From Camelus dromedarius (taxonomy: Eukaryota): a stretch of 64,000 bases of DNA. The position numbers and the translations under genes are program-made. The first letter of the stretch is position 1; each line of letters starts with the position of its first letter. The notes beneath the pieces were generated by a model. The model was given only the letters and a program-made list of their open reading frames with translations, made no database searches and was not told the origin of the DNA. The stretch spans positions 114,020,001 through 114,084,000 of the forward strand of contig NC_087437.1 in the NCBI RefSeq assembly GCF_036321535.1. The letters are read 5' to 3'. Shown here in pieces: positions 12,778-25,396 of the stretch.

Positions 12778-14048
12778 GCTATAACTTAGCCTCATGTGTA
12801 CCCTCAGACTGATGTGACCTGGGTCAGGCAACATCTACAGTTACAGGTTGAAAATCAAGACTCCTTAAACTCATCACCACGGCCTGATTGTAACAGAGTA
12901 ACAAGGAGTCAACCAAGGAGCTCCTGCTGGGAGGAGGAATTAAAGTTTCCTGTTTTCACCAGAGTAAGAAGGTCTTGTTGTTCCTTCAGGAGCGATGCCA
13001 TAACCCAGTTTTGAAGAGCTCGGTTTTTCCTGTTGAGCTGGGCCTTTTCTCTGGGGAAACACATGTTTTTCATAATCAAGGAAGACTCTTCTTCACTTAC
13101 TTACCTTTGGCTTGCCCCTTTCCCCACTTAGATTGTAAACTCAGGCATATATTTATGCCTCTTTATAAGCTCATTAAACAGTAGGCACTCAAAAATAAAG
13201 ATTATTGAGGATATCAGTAAGATGATGGGGGTAGTGGCAATAATGCGGGAAATTCACCATTTCTTCAGGCATCTACACTTCACTCTAGGGGCTGGGTGGA
13301 TGTGAAGCACTGACCCGTCCACTGGAAGGTGCCCCTGTCTCCTTATCCAACTTCCAGAATCATTCAGAAAATTTATACTCAGAGACGGGTGTTGTATTTG
13401 TTGAAACCAGACTTTAAAATATCTGGTATCAAATAAAAATATAAGCATCTTTCTATTAGTCACTGGAAGAGCTGCTGGCCTTAGAACATTGCTTTGAGCT
13501 CCTCTTTGATATGTGAGAAAATTGTGCAATCCCATCTCTTGCAGTGTAACTTTCACTAGGGTTTCAGGGAATGTTATTCCAATTTTCAAAAATTATGTAA
13601 CCAAGAATTTATTTGGTGTCTTCTGTATGCCAAGCAACGCGTAACAGAGAATAAAGGAACTCAATACGTGGTTTCCGCTCTAAAGGACCTTTGTTGGTAA
13701 GCAGGGCAAGATCTCAACACCAGAAGCAATGATGGCTGAATAAGGCGACGTGTTGAATTTTGCAAGACTGAGTTCAGAGGAAGCATGAAATCCTCGGGGA
13801 CAGAGAACCCAAAGCAATCTTACAAAACCAGTCTTGTTTTGGTTGGAGATTCAGTTTGGCTCAGACAATTCTTTTCACCTTTGTGTTTCTAGTTCAGTAA
13901 AAGGAAAATGTCATTGATACTCCAAAGGGTACTCATGAGAAATACACCCCAAAAATCTTTAAAACATGTGTATTTTTGGTGGTCAGCAGATGTTAAGTAA
14001 ATTGTGACCGAACTTTTCCTGACCAAGTGGACATCTGTTGCCTTTACC

Positions 14049-14402
14049 TGTCTTAGTCTGCTCAGGCTGCCATAAAAAATACCATAGACTAGGAGCTTAG
14101 ATAATCTTTATTTCTCACACTTCTGGAAGCTGAGAAGTCCATCAAGATGCCGGCAGATCCGGTGTCTGGTTGGGCCCTCTTCTCACTTTGCAGATGACTA
14201 CTTTCTTGCTGTAGCCTTACATGGTGGAGAGACATTTCGTCTCATTCATGTCTCTTCTTATAAGGGCACTAATTCCATTCACAAGGGCTCCATCCTCATG
14301 ACCTAGTCATCTCCCAAACCCCCGCCTCCTTACGCCATCCCATCGGGGATTGTAGTTTCAACATATGAACTTTAGAGGGACACACATCTTCAAACCATAG
14401 CA
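14049..14402 (-). mobile_element. MLT1A-like MaLR solo LTR
   Basis: TGTCTTAGTCTGCTCAGGCTGCCATAA ... TTTCAACATATGAA ... CAAACCATAGCA, with TG..CA termini. Confidence 0.85.
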
Positions 14403-17129
14403 ACATCTACTTCCCTGTTGCTGTTATAATGCACTTACTTTCCTTTGGAAACCACCTCTTGCCCGCTCTCAGACTAAGCACAGTGGCTGAGATGAACCCC
14501 GTTCATCCTGGTTTCCCTGTGGACCCCTGACAGTAGCCTAACCAGAGTATTCCATGCCTTGGGCCACAGTTGATGGGTTTAAGAACCAGTACTGTTTTGT
14601 CTATACGGAGCCAAAGCTTTTGGGTATTTTTGGAAGATGCAATGCTTTACAGCAGGTATTTACATCATCTGCCAGTCAATTTATAATCAGGTATTGAACT
14701 CCTAGTAAAGTATGAATTAATGTTATGATATTGAAAATGAAATTAATAGTGATATTCAAAATTATTCTATTGATGACTTGAGAGAACTGACAGAGCATTT
14801 TAGAAATGCTTTGAGTGTGTACCTTACAGACATTTGTAAAGATTTTAGATCCAGCAATCGTCAATCATGGAGCTGTTTGAGCTCTTTCGGAAGGTCACTG
14901 AAAACTTTTAGTAGATGTAATTAGTAACAGTTGTATCTATTTTCTACATATTGAAATCCCTGGAAGCTCCTTCTGTATTAAGTGCCAAAATCACTGAAAT
15001 ATTTTGAAGAATGTGTCAAGCTTAATTATGTTTTATAAAATACTGTAGTTAAATACAATTAAAATAAAAAATCCAAACTGTGTTAAAACTGCAAGTGCCA
15101 GTATTTCAGCAAAATAGTGTATATTTTTCTTAAAACCCAGGACTCCATCCCATCTAAATGTATTTTCCTTGGGCTTATGGTATATTTCCTCTACCTAAAC
15201 AAATAGAAACAATATGGACAATACTACTACTGTGTCACTATGTTACTAGAAAACCAGCCATCTTTCTACCCTCCCAGAGTTATTAACATGAAATTAGATA
15301 AATTAAATAAATCGTAAGAATCCTTTTTTAAAAAGTTAAATGACATATTTTAAAATCAGGGCTAAAAATTACATTGTATATATGGGCACTTTTGCTGTGT
15401 TGAAAGCATTGCTATTTCTTAAGAATGAAAAAAAAGGGCAGATGCTATGTCCTGGTTAGAGAAAAAGAAAAGATTCTGATGGCTGTGCCGACTTAAGATA
15501 AATAATCACAATTCGCCACACAATTGCAGCACATGACTGCTAGACTTCTCCCCATGAAAGCCCTTGGGACTGGGACCACTTTTAAAGGCTCTGGAGTGAC
15601 CAGAACATTAGCTAATTTCAGAGAGTACAAAATGAAACACTATCTATGAATTCCAATAAGTATTGTCTCTGAAGATGACTTCTCAGAACTGCGGGATTCT
15701 TTATGGAGATTTTAGCTGGGATGATGGTGCTTGTAAGTAAACTCGCCCCAAAGCAGTTCATTTTCAAGAATACACTTACATCACTAATTGTTCTCACTCA
15801 GAGCTATTTAGTGCTCCCAGATCCTCCAGCCCCTCCCCTCTCCTCCCCTCGCCTTCCAGTGTCCATCACGTCTTCTCATAACAAGGCTCTGAGGCAGCAC
15901 TGAAAGCAGCCCTGCCCCCGCATCTCCCGGATGGGGATGTGGAACTGCAGAGGGGGCTCAGAGCAATAAACGGTTCATCCTTAGTGAGGAACAAGGTCGA
16001 CGAAGACTTGGTGGTAAACCTCTGTTAAGTGTGGACAGAGCATCTTAAAAAATGGTGACCAATCATAATTCAATGCAGATGCGAGTGGTAGCAGTTATCT
16101 ACGTCTAAAGCAGAATTATGAATGATTTTTCTTTTTGAAAAAATTGAATTCTCTGAATAGACTCTTTTGCAATTAAAAAAAAAATCAACTTTAAACCAAA
16201 TTAAAATATTCTACCCCAAATAAAGGACAGCTATTGATATTGGAGAGTTTAGATCTTCTTGGAGATCTCTAAGTTTAAAAATTCCCAAAGGTGATTGTTT
16301 TAGCGCACCTCAATTTTGGTGTGAAAGTTAAAAAACTGCTTGGAATATCCAAGGAAATGTGCTTAGGGGGTCGTCTCTTGAGGAGTTCAAAGACTGTCTC
16401 AAGTAGTTAATGTTACAGGGTTTAAAATTTTAAAGCTTTTTAGCACTTAAAGGGAAAAAGAATTGACAAATTAGGTGAGGACTTAAATCATTTTAAAGAA
16501 TTTTCTTGTACCAAGAGAGAAGAGGAAACAAAGTATTTTGCTTGGGGTCATGGAAAGGCATGGAACTGGTAAAAACTGTTCATTCCTTTTTTGCCCTTTT
16601 AAGCTGCATAACAGTGTGTCACTTATCCTCTGGTACAGAGCTCAGTCTAGGGCACCAAACTGCTTGAAGAATGCTGTGTTCTCAACGCGGGGATTCTCTC
16701 CATTCTAGCAGTGAGCTTCTACAGAGAGATTCGTGAGTGACCCCTATGCTGAAACTGGGGGCGGCGGGCCTGGAGTACACAGACACACGTGCACGTGAAT
16801 TCAGATAATGCAATTAGCCAGATGTTGCCTCGAGATTTCCACTTTCCATGAGCCAATCCCAACTAAAAGAAAGGTTGGTTGAGCATCTTCAGAAAGATGA
16901 ATGTTTATTGACTAAAGCAGTTCATGTTCAGCTGAGACTCCAAGAGACAGCCCCTGCCCCCAGGTCTTACCAGTCAGCAGAGGAACAATGGCATGGGGAC
17001 ATCCCCAGAGGACAGCCAGGCTCAGCACTGACTGTGAAGACAAGAAGCACGCCCTCGGGAATTCAAGGGAGAAGGCAGTGCATGGGTCTCGGTTAGGTAG
17101 CCTCATTCTAAGCAGATCTTTTCTTTCCT

Positions 17130-17450
17130 TTTTAGTAAAACTTTTTATTTTGAAATAATTTTAAACTTACAGAAAAAGAATTACAAAAATAGTGCTGAGG
17201 ACTCGTTTATACCTGCACCAGATTTCCCAACTCTCAACATTGGATCATTTTCATTTTGTCATTTTCTATCTTAAGAATCCTTTGAGAGTAAATTGCAGAC
17301 AAGATGTCCCTTTACCAAATATTTCAGTGTGTATTTCCTAAGAAGAAGGATATTCTCTTCAGTAAATTCAGTGCAATTAGCAAAATCAGGAAATGATCAT
17401 TGATATGATACTAGTGTCTAACTTTGGGGATGATTTTTCAGTTGCCCCTT
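17130..17450 (-). mobile_element. Old L1 (L1MC/ME) extreme 3' end
   Basis: TTTTTATTTTGAAATAATTTTAAACTTACAGAAAA...AAATATTTCAGTGTGTATTTCCTAAGAA. Confidence 0.7.
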
Positions 17451-18773
17451 TTGCACCTTTTCACCCATTCCCTGGGTTTCTGTGCCTTCAAAAGAATGCA
17501 AGAGAAGACCCTCATTCTTAGATGGGTCTTGAGGATTCCCAAAAGGCAGAATCAAACCATCTACACCTCCAGCCTCACGAGTCTCTAAGGAGATGGCATT
17601 CGAAATTCTCAAAGGAAATATATTTTCAACTCATTCTTTAGCAGACTCCGTTTCTTAAAATTCCCTCTCTTTATTTAAACAGTTAAGCTTCTGCCAGAAA
17701 AGTTGTCTAGCAGTTTTTCCCGTCTCCATGCCCCTCCCAGCCAGCTTCCTCCCCCTCCCTGTCTGCCCTGTGTCTGACACAGAAGCCACATCAGACACAG
17801 GGAGAAGAAGCAGACTCACAGCCTGTCAACACATCCTTTGCCGCCTAACTCTCTGCACGGTAGTTGTAGGGGGTCGGTAGCAGACAGGACACTTCCAACA
17901 CGGGGACGATTTAATCCGACGCTGTTTGCATCCAGGGAAGGCATGAAGCCCTCTCCTTGGTGGCCAGGTGATGGGAATTAGGTGTGAGCCCTGGTGAGAA
18001 TAATGAGTGCCCTCCTGATTGACAAGCATCGCCCCCTCCTTCATCTGGGTTTTGCCATTGGAGGGCTCAAAATACCTGGCAACAAATATCTTCAGCTGTT
18101 AATCTGGGATTTTCATTTTAAAAGGACTTTTGAGCCTTTATATGCAGATGTTGAAATCATTTCAACATGCTTTCCCCTAACAGAGTTCAGTGTCATAAAA
18201 AACAGCACTTCCAGCAGGCTCTTCATGCTCAGTAACAGACACTCTTTGGAACTTGGCTCCTGGGATGGCCTGTTAACCGAGTACAATCATGTGATTTTTT
18301 CTGATGACACTTCAGGCTCTTCCAGAAATACGATCGGATGAACAATCTAATGACCAATTCCTGGAACATGTGCTTTTCCAGAACTTTCTCACAGCCTAAT
18401 ACAGTTTTCTTCCATTAACAAAAGACATAACATTTAGCATCTTCTGACTTTAAAAAGAGAATAAATAAATAGAAATAGAATAAAGAATCCACAAAAATGG
18501 AAGAAGTGTGAATAAAACATTTTAATGCTAGTTTTATTTATGTTTTAGCTGAAAATGAGCAGTGGAATCTGGATACTTCACTGAAGTGTGGTCCAAAAGG
18601 CATAATGCTAGTGGTCCAATGACCAGCAGCACAGGCATCACCTGCCCAATCAGAAGCCAGGTTTTAACAAGGCACCTGAGTGACCTGTAGGCACATTACA
18701 ATTGGAGAAGCAGTGTGATAGACAGTGTGCCATCCCAGGAAGGATGGTTAGCTGGTTAAAAGAAATGACTACA

Positions 18774-18918
18774 GGGAGAAGAGGGTGTAGCTCAGTGGTA
18801 GAGTCCATGCTTAGCAAGCATGAGGTCCTGTGTTCAATTCCCCAGCACCTCCACACACACACACACAAAAATTAAATTAATAAATAGACATAATTACCTC
18901 TGCCCTCCAAGAAAAAAA
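18774..18918 (+). mobile_element. tRNA-Ala-derived SINE (camelid Vic-1 type), second copy
   Basis: A box TAGCTCAGTGG (18788-18798), B box-like TGTTCAATTCC, a (CA)n/AT linker and a TAATTACCTC tail shared with the copy at 1820. Confidence 0.85.
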
Positions 18919-18985
18919 GCATTATTGGAAGAGTAGCTACTTCCTGAAGGACTAAATAACCATATCACACTTGATTTTTCCAAAA

Positions 18986-19153
18986 TAGAATGGCCAGATT
19001 TAGCAAGTTCAGGACACTCAGTTAAATTTAAATTTTAGATCAATATTGAATAATGTTTTAGCATGTCTCATGCAGCATTTGGACATCCTTTAATAATAAA
19101 TTTATCAGAAATCCAAATTTAATTAAGCATCCTATATTTTGTCTGGTAACCTT
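18986..19153. mobile_element. MER53-like palindromic hAT MITE
   Basis: Inverted arms: GCCAGATTT...CAGGACACTCAGTTAAATTTAAATTTTAGAT on the left versus ATCAGAAATCCAAATTTAATTAAGCATCCTATATTTTGTCTGGTAACC on the right. Confidence 0.75.
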
Positions 19154-19174
19154 ATTGCAGTCTCTAGCTTTAAA

Positions 19175-19208
<34 letters not shown>

Positions 19209-19574
19209 ATATATATATAGTGTTTCCATATGGCTTATTTGTAAACTGTGCTGATGATAAAGTTACACAAGGATTTGTCAACATATCCTGGCAACTTCCA
19301 CATCCTTGAAAGCATGTTCAATTACCTAAACACATTAAAAACTTTTAAAAGAAACAAGAGCCTAAAATCCTAGTAAGATGAATAATAGTATTTTCCAGGA
19401 ACATGAAAATTGTTGATTCCACAATTGTCGCTTCTGAGTTAATCATTTCCATCAGAACTGAAGCTGATCATCTGATCATCCAGTTTCCTTTTCAATGCTT
19501 GATATTCTCGCTTCCCCCTTCTGGTGTAAAAATGACCACCAAGTCTGCCTCAAGAGTTGGTGTCTTTTCTTTAC

Positions 19575-19643
19575 CTGGTATAGTTTGTAGTTTTTTGCTG
19601 GTTCAAACTGCGGGTTCTGTTTCTGGGAACCAGCACAGCTCAT
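19575..19643 (-). CDS. Candidate coding part of an (alternative) first exon, 23 aa MSCAGSQKQNPQFEPAKNYKLYQ; host gene not identified
   Basis: Minus-strand GCAGAGCC-ATG (purine at -3), 69 nt open, ending in phase 0 at CAG|GTAAAG (GT at 19574-19573). It lies in unique sequence next to a motif-rich, promoter-like region. No homology recognised. Confidence 0.35.
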
Positions 19644-19699
19644 GGCTCTGCAGCCTCAAAATCGTGCAAGAGGATAAACCAGCACTTCTGCCTGTCTGG

Positions 19700-20950
19700 T
19701 CTAGTCTGAAACGACTGCCTGTCAGAATCAAGGTCTGCACTGCGTTGCCTCAAGGTCTTCCTCCTGCCTCCTACACACCAACCGGAAACAAAAAGAAGAA
19801 ACATCTTAACCCAAGAAACCCAAGGGAAGCTGACAGCTACCCTCCTTTGCCTCCACTTTTTGAAAAATAATTTTAAAAGACCCAAGTGTCCTTCTGAACG
19901 AAGGTTTTCCTAATAGGTTTTGAAGAAACTCACTAATAAAACAGCAAACTTCCCCTTCCTCAATGATTTGCCTTTGTTTTTTTTTTTCTCCTTTTTTTCT
20001 TTCTTTCTTTTTTCTTTCTTCCTTCTTTCTTTCCTTCCATGCCTCCTCTCTGTCTGTCTGACTTTCTGTTTACTTGCTTTCTTTTTTTGTATCTAAAATT
20101 CATCTGTTTCTCCATGTGCCTGAGACCGTAGCTCATCCCTTTTATTTCACCAAAACCTGGGCAGTTAAGTGCTAATTTGAAACAGTCCTACTTCCTGTGA
20201 CATGAAAGCTGCTCACAACCAGAAGAAAGGTTTGTAACTTACTAGAGGGTAGGGGAGCGCCTCCAGCTAAGTTTGTAACCCACCCACACTTAGTATATTA
20301 ACTGCTAATCTGTCTCTCTGTTGAAGACTTGGCAATGAGTCTCCCATCCTCTCTTCTACCCTCATACCAGACTGCCCTAGGAGAAGACTGAATGATTTAT
20401 AAAATTTATTCAGTCTGACACTTTATAACCTGGCAGTTTGGGTTATCATTTTTCCTAGGCGAGAGGTGATTCTTTGGTTTGTTCCTTTGTTCTGTCTTCA
20501 ACACAGAGCAATTAACTCTGTGATTATGTTTATGATCGACGAGGCATTCCACTTCTGAAATGTAGTATTTTATTTTAATTAATTCACCAGACGCTTACAT
20601 GGTGCTCACCATGTTCCAGGCACAGGCAGATGACTACCTATGGATTTATGTAATAGCATAACAACCCAATCAGGCGGGTACTATAACCAACCCACTTTAC
20701 TGGTAAAGAAACTGAGGCCTAGAGAGGTGAAGCAGCTTGCCCAAGGTCAACGATCCAGCAAGTGACAGACGTGGAATATTAAGCCCAGGCTCCATGACCC
20801 TCTGCTCCTTTTTCCCACATCACAATAGACAAGCTCATTTCACCATCACCTAAAGGACCATCAGATTTCGAGGATCCTTCTATTTCAATCATTCTAGGTC
20901 ATCTCAGATAAACTTCACCCTGTCGTACACCACTGCAGCTGCTGACGTCA
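19700..20950. promoter_or_regulatory. Candidate promoter/enhancer upstream of the minus-strand exon
   Basis: ETS motifs ACCGGAAA (19781) and ACTTCCTG (~20190), forkhead TGTTTAC (~20067), duplicated GTTTGTAAC (~20229, 20271), palindromic CRE TGACGTCA (20943-20950), and a pyrimidine tract at 19970-20090. Confidence 0.4.
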
Positions 20951-21940
20951 CAGCGCATACCATCCATGAGCACCTCTGTAACAAGGCAGTCTCCCTCCCC
21001 ATCACCAGAAATGAAAGACTGAAGCCTGTAACATCCGGGTAGCTGTCTTCCAATAGTTTAAATTAATTGTTAATGACATTTTCAAGAAAGAAATCTTAAA
21101 TTAATAAAGTGGGGAATACATTATACCGTTCAAAAACAAGCTTTTAACTTTGAAGGACAAAATGAAAACAAACAAACAAAATCTCCAAGGTCTAATGATT
21201 TCACTCAAATGGGAAACACAGATAATAAATGACCAGGGCCAATGACTGAAGTAAAATGCACGTAACATTCATAGAAGAGGAAAGAATTCAAGCATGTGTT
21301 CAAAGAGCAATAAAATAAAATTGAAAAAAAATATATAAAAGAATAGTAAGCCACAAAAACGTCTTTCTTTCGATGTTTATTCTTATATTAAATAGCAAAA
21401 TGATAATACTATCAACTGACTGTGATCTTCAGAACAAAAGAGAATACTCTGAAGGCAAAAAACAAAAAAACAGACTTGAAAGACCTCGCCTTTAGTTCCC
21501 ATCCTAAAATCATTGGAACAAGTGGACTGCTAATTTTCTCTCTATTACAACAACAGAAATAAAATCTGGCAGAGGGCAAAATGGTTACCATACCACAACC
21601 AACAGCTACTCATCTTTCTTCCCCAGCTGCTATTCAGATCAAGTTTAAGAAGCCACCCTTTTCAGTCTCTGAAAATAAAAATAGGCAGAAAAAGATGATT
21701 ACTGAGGACCGTGGGTGGGAAAACCACGTACCCAATTTGTTCCCAAGGTTTTGAGAGAAAGCGAGATGGTTCTAATGACAGATTTTCGCCGATTCATCTA
21801 AAAGGAGCTTGCCCAGCACCAAGTGCGGAGCAGCTAAGCTGCTGGTGACAGTCGGGTTAGCATTCTTGAAGCCAGATGTTCTGGGCAAGTGTCAGCTCTG
21901 ACTCCCTGGGGCACTGCACACTCTTAGGCTGATGATTTAG

Positions 21941-21942
<2 letters not shown>

Positions 21943-21979
<37 letters not shown>
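21943..21979 (+). repeat. Poly(T)37 homopolymer
   Basis: 37 consecutive T; no associated retroelement body or TSD seen. Confidence 0.95.
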
Positions 21980-21983
<4 letters not shown>

Positions 21984-22579
21984 AGTAGCAGATACAAGAG
22001 AAAGATTCACAGAGAAGCACTGAAAACTCAGTGCTGTCTTTGTCAACTGTACCATCAGAGGAACTGAGTTTTTCAGAGAAAAGATGTTTTTCCTACAATA
22101 TTAGAAGACCTTGTCTATTCCTGATCACCAGATGAGTGACACCAGGGCTGTAAAATATGTTCAAGTTGATTTAATCTGTGTTAAGATTTAATCAGAGTGG
22201 TATTATTTCAGAGCACGATCAGCTGTGGAAATCTTCCTTCTCCATGGCTGCACAGACGCAGCCATGAGGCATCTGGGAAAGCATCCAGGACCTAGCACCT
22301 TATCATAGGAAGAAAAGTCAGATGTCCACCCTCCACTGCTGCCTTCCCGGAAGCCAGGGGGGCATCCGAGAGTTTCTGCACCTCTGACTTGGCGTGAGCT
22401 GCCACTTCGCGGACAGCTGCAGGAGGTAAGTCCATGCAAAGGGTGGGTCTCCCAGCTCCAAACCTACCGCCTCCTCTTGTCCCCTGTAATTTCCATAGAA
22501 GACAGCAGCTTTCATTTCACAATTATTGATAGCAATCGCGAAACTAAGACCTGTGAGAAAGGTTACACTAACACTAGCC

Positions 22580-24170
22580 ATCCCACAGTGGTTTCATCGG
22601 TCCATTATTTCATTAGGGATTGGAAAGTGGTGGTATGCGAACTCCTAATTATTTCTTTATTAACTGGAATTCTTCTAAGAAAGAGGAACTTTGCTTCCTC
22701 AACTATTTAGTTATCCTGTGGTTCAGCCCTATACAGACAAAGTTAAATGCTTGAATCTATTCCTTTACTTGTCAGTTTTCAGAATGAGTTGGTCCCTAGC
22801 ATCCTACAAAGGGAGCATACATGCTTTTAAATATTGTTATGAATGCATGGATTTTAACAGACGCTCTGGGTTTCAATACTTTGCGATGTTGTTCTTTTTC
22901 TATCCATCTTTGGGACACAGTTGTTTTGTCTTTGTCTAGTAAGAACCTTTGCTTTTTGGCTCCTGTGGGTTTTGAATCTTTTGTCACAGCTCAGTAGTCT
23001 TTGGTTTCCTTGCTTTCCCATGTGACAAGATGTCACAGGCTCACCCTAAACTTTCCCCATCTCAGCTTGGACTCAACCAGTTTTTCCGAGGCACCCTGGG
23101 TCCTTTCAGCAGGAAAGGCATTTGAAGACTACAGTATAAATGCTAAGGAGCTCCTTGCTTCTGGACTGGTTGTTAGTTCTAAGCTTTTTCCGTGGACACA
23201 GTCAGAAAATATTTTTAAGAGAAATACTTCAGGATTCACACCGATATTTCCAACTCAAGTTTAAGGTTACAGGTTTTTATGTAATGTCTTTGATTTTCTA
23301 TTTGATTCTCTTTTTCTCTTATGTCGAAAAACTTGGCCCTTTATGACATTAATATAATATTATGTGCTTTATCTTAATGTATGTATAAAAAGGTTCAGAA
23401 TAACCCTATAAACATATCACTAACAATATAATTACTGAAAGTAGTTGGACTTATTTGTAGTTCTTTTTGTCTTACAATATATCCTACTGCAGCCAAATAA
23501 ATGAAGGTTAAGGCCATTCGAAATAATTCCTTTCCATATGGTTAATACTCAGATTGGTTTTTATTCAATTTTGCTTTTGAATTAAGGGATCACTTTCTTT
23601 ACATTTTGTTTTATAATTTCGTAAAATATTTCTGTGTTTCAAAATATACAAGATACATTACAAAAACTCTAGCTTCCATTTTTATTAACTGTTGTTTCTT
23701 GACATATTGTTTTTACATTTTAAATATTAAGTCAATTCTTTTCTTAGATAAAAGGTACCACACCGTACAGTCTGATCTTCACCTTGTGTTTTGCATATCT
23801 CCGAGAGATCCCTCTGCAACAGTGTGTGTGTTAGTCCTTCCTCTCTTGTACTCAGTCCGCTGTGTGGGTGTGGCATGGGCTGCTCCACTTTGCCCTCCTG
23901 ATGAGCATCTCACTTATCGCCAGTCTTTCTCTGCTGTGATTACTGCCACATGAATAGGCTTTTGTGTTCATTTTTTTCATATTTTGTTAGTTTATACTCG
24001 GAACAGATTTCTAGAAGTAAGATTATTTGATTTAAAGGTACAGACATGTAATATTGCTAAATTCTCTCCATCGGGGACGGTACCCTGATGCATTCCCACC
24101 AACAGTCTATAAAAGGGCCTGTTTCCTCACGACCTCTGCAAAAGAGACTATTTTCGAACTTCAAAAACAA
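22580..24170 (-). mobile_element. Old L1 (L1MC/L1ME-type) 3' region
   Basis: Antisense L1 motifs (CATTCCCACCAACAG, CCTGTTTCCTCAC, TTTCTAGAAGTAAGATT) and an L1MC-like 3'UTR on the reverse strand. Confidence 0.6.
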
Positions 24171-24831
24171 TCAGTACACCTACCAAGAAAGACCTTGAGA
24201 GTCCTGGAGAGGAGCCTCAGCGAAAATTTGTAAAGCCTTTGAGAGATACTTCTCAGGCATCTCGAGCTAAATTTGACTTGGAAATAACAGAGAAGTAGAA
24301 GAACTGGGAAGCAAACCAGAGCAGCAGCTCTTCGGAAATCGTTCTGCCTAACCCTCATTTTCCTGTAACCTCAACAGTGCATGGACAAGAATCATCCCCA
24401 TTTTACAGGTAAGGAAACTGACACGGGGAGGAGCAACGGGTTGCTCACGGCAGGGCCATCCAGCTACTTGAACTCAATAAGATGTTTTCTTTCCTTCTAC
24501 TTTCACAAAGCCCAGGGGAAAAGCAGAGAAGTAGGGCTCCACTGGCTGAAAGACTTGGAGAAAGGGAGGCGCCTGCTCCTGAGCTAGGTGTGCGAGCTAC
24601 GCGCATCATCTGCATCCCTGCAAAATCAGGAGGTCAGGTAAGGGTCTGCCAGGTGCCCTGATCTACATTCGTGAGGCTGAAGGAGCACGGGAGCTGGAGG
24701 ACCTGCGTGGGAAAAGCTGGGGAAACCCCGCTTCCACCTCAGACCAGACCCAGATCAGAAGAACCCAAGACGCTCCCACGCTGGGTGTTGTTTCCAAAGG
24801 CATGATTATGACTCCTCCTGGGACCTGGTAC

Positions 24832-25396
24832 TGTGACCAAACAGAAGTTCATGTGCCCGCTGCGCCGTGAGGCCAAGCGAACTGAAGCGTCAGAGTTTGG
24901 AACAGAGGAAGGTTTACTGCAGAGTGAAGCAAAGATGGGCAGCTCATGCTCGAAAGATCTGCACTTCCTGGTGGTTTTCGGGGACAAGTTTTTATAGGCA
25001 AAAGTTGGGGTGAGGGCGGCAGGGCGTGTGACTTTCTTCTGATTGGTTGCTGGTGAGGTAACAGGGTGGTGTTCTGGAAATCTTGTGCTCAGCCTAAAGT
25101 TGCCATCCTCCACCTGGGTGGGGGCCTTACTTCCTGCAGAAGAACTCAAAGGTATTATGTCTGTTCCTTTAGGAGGAACCAGGACCCTGTCCCAAGGCTG
25201 TGCTATCATTTCTTGACTTTTCCTCCCTTGTCTCTGCATCCCCTCCCTTCCCTGATTAGCAACTGTGTGAATCTGCCCTTTGGAGCTCAGGGAAGGTCAA
25301 GGAGGCCCAGTGAAGCCTATTTCTTGTAAACAAGAATACAGAAAAGATTGATGCCAGGGAGGACCCCACAGGGTCCTACCCCTGCAGTCCCTTTCA
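24832..25396 (-). mobile_element. ERV1 solo LTR with intact CCAAT and TATA boxes
   Basis: TG..CA termini, flanks GTAC / GTCC (4-bp TSD with 1 mismatch). On the minus strand CCAATCAG (~25039-25046) precedes CCTATAAAAA (~24989-24998). Confidence 0.8.

Noticed and set aside
13090..13110. Strong minus-strand donor AAG|GTAAGT
   Set aside because: It sits beside an L2-like remnant and has no convincing upstream acceptor or promoter.
19403..19870. 155-aa plus-strand ORF
   Set aside because: No recognisable domain and a weak context. It overlaps the better-supported minus-strand exon candidate and is probably a chance ORF.
24739..25329. 166-aa and 87-aa ORFs
   Set aside because: They lie largely within an ERV1 LTR and show no gag/pol/env similarity.
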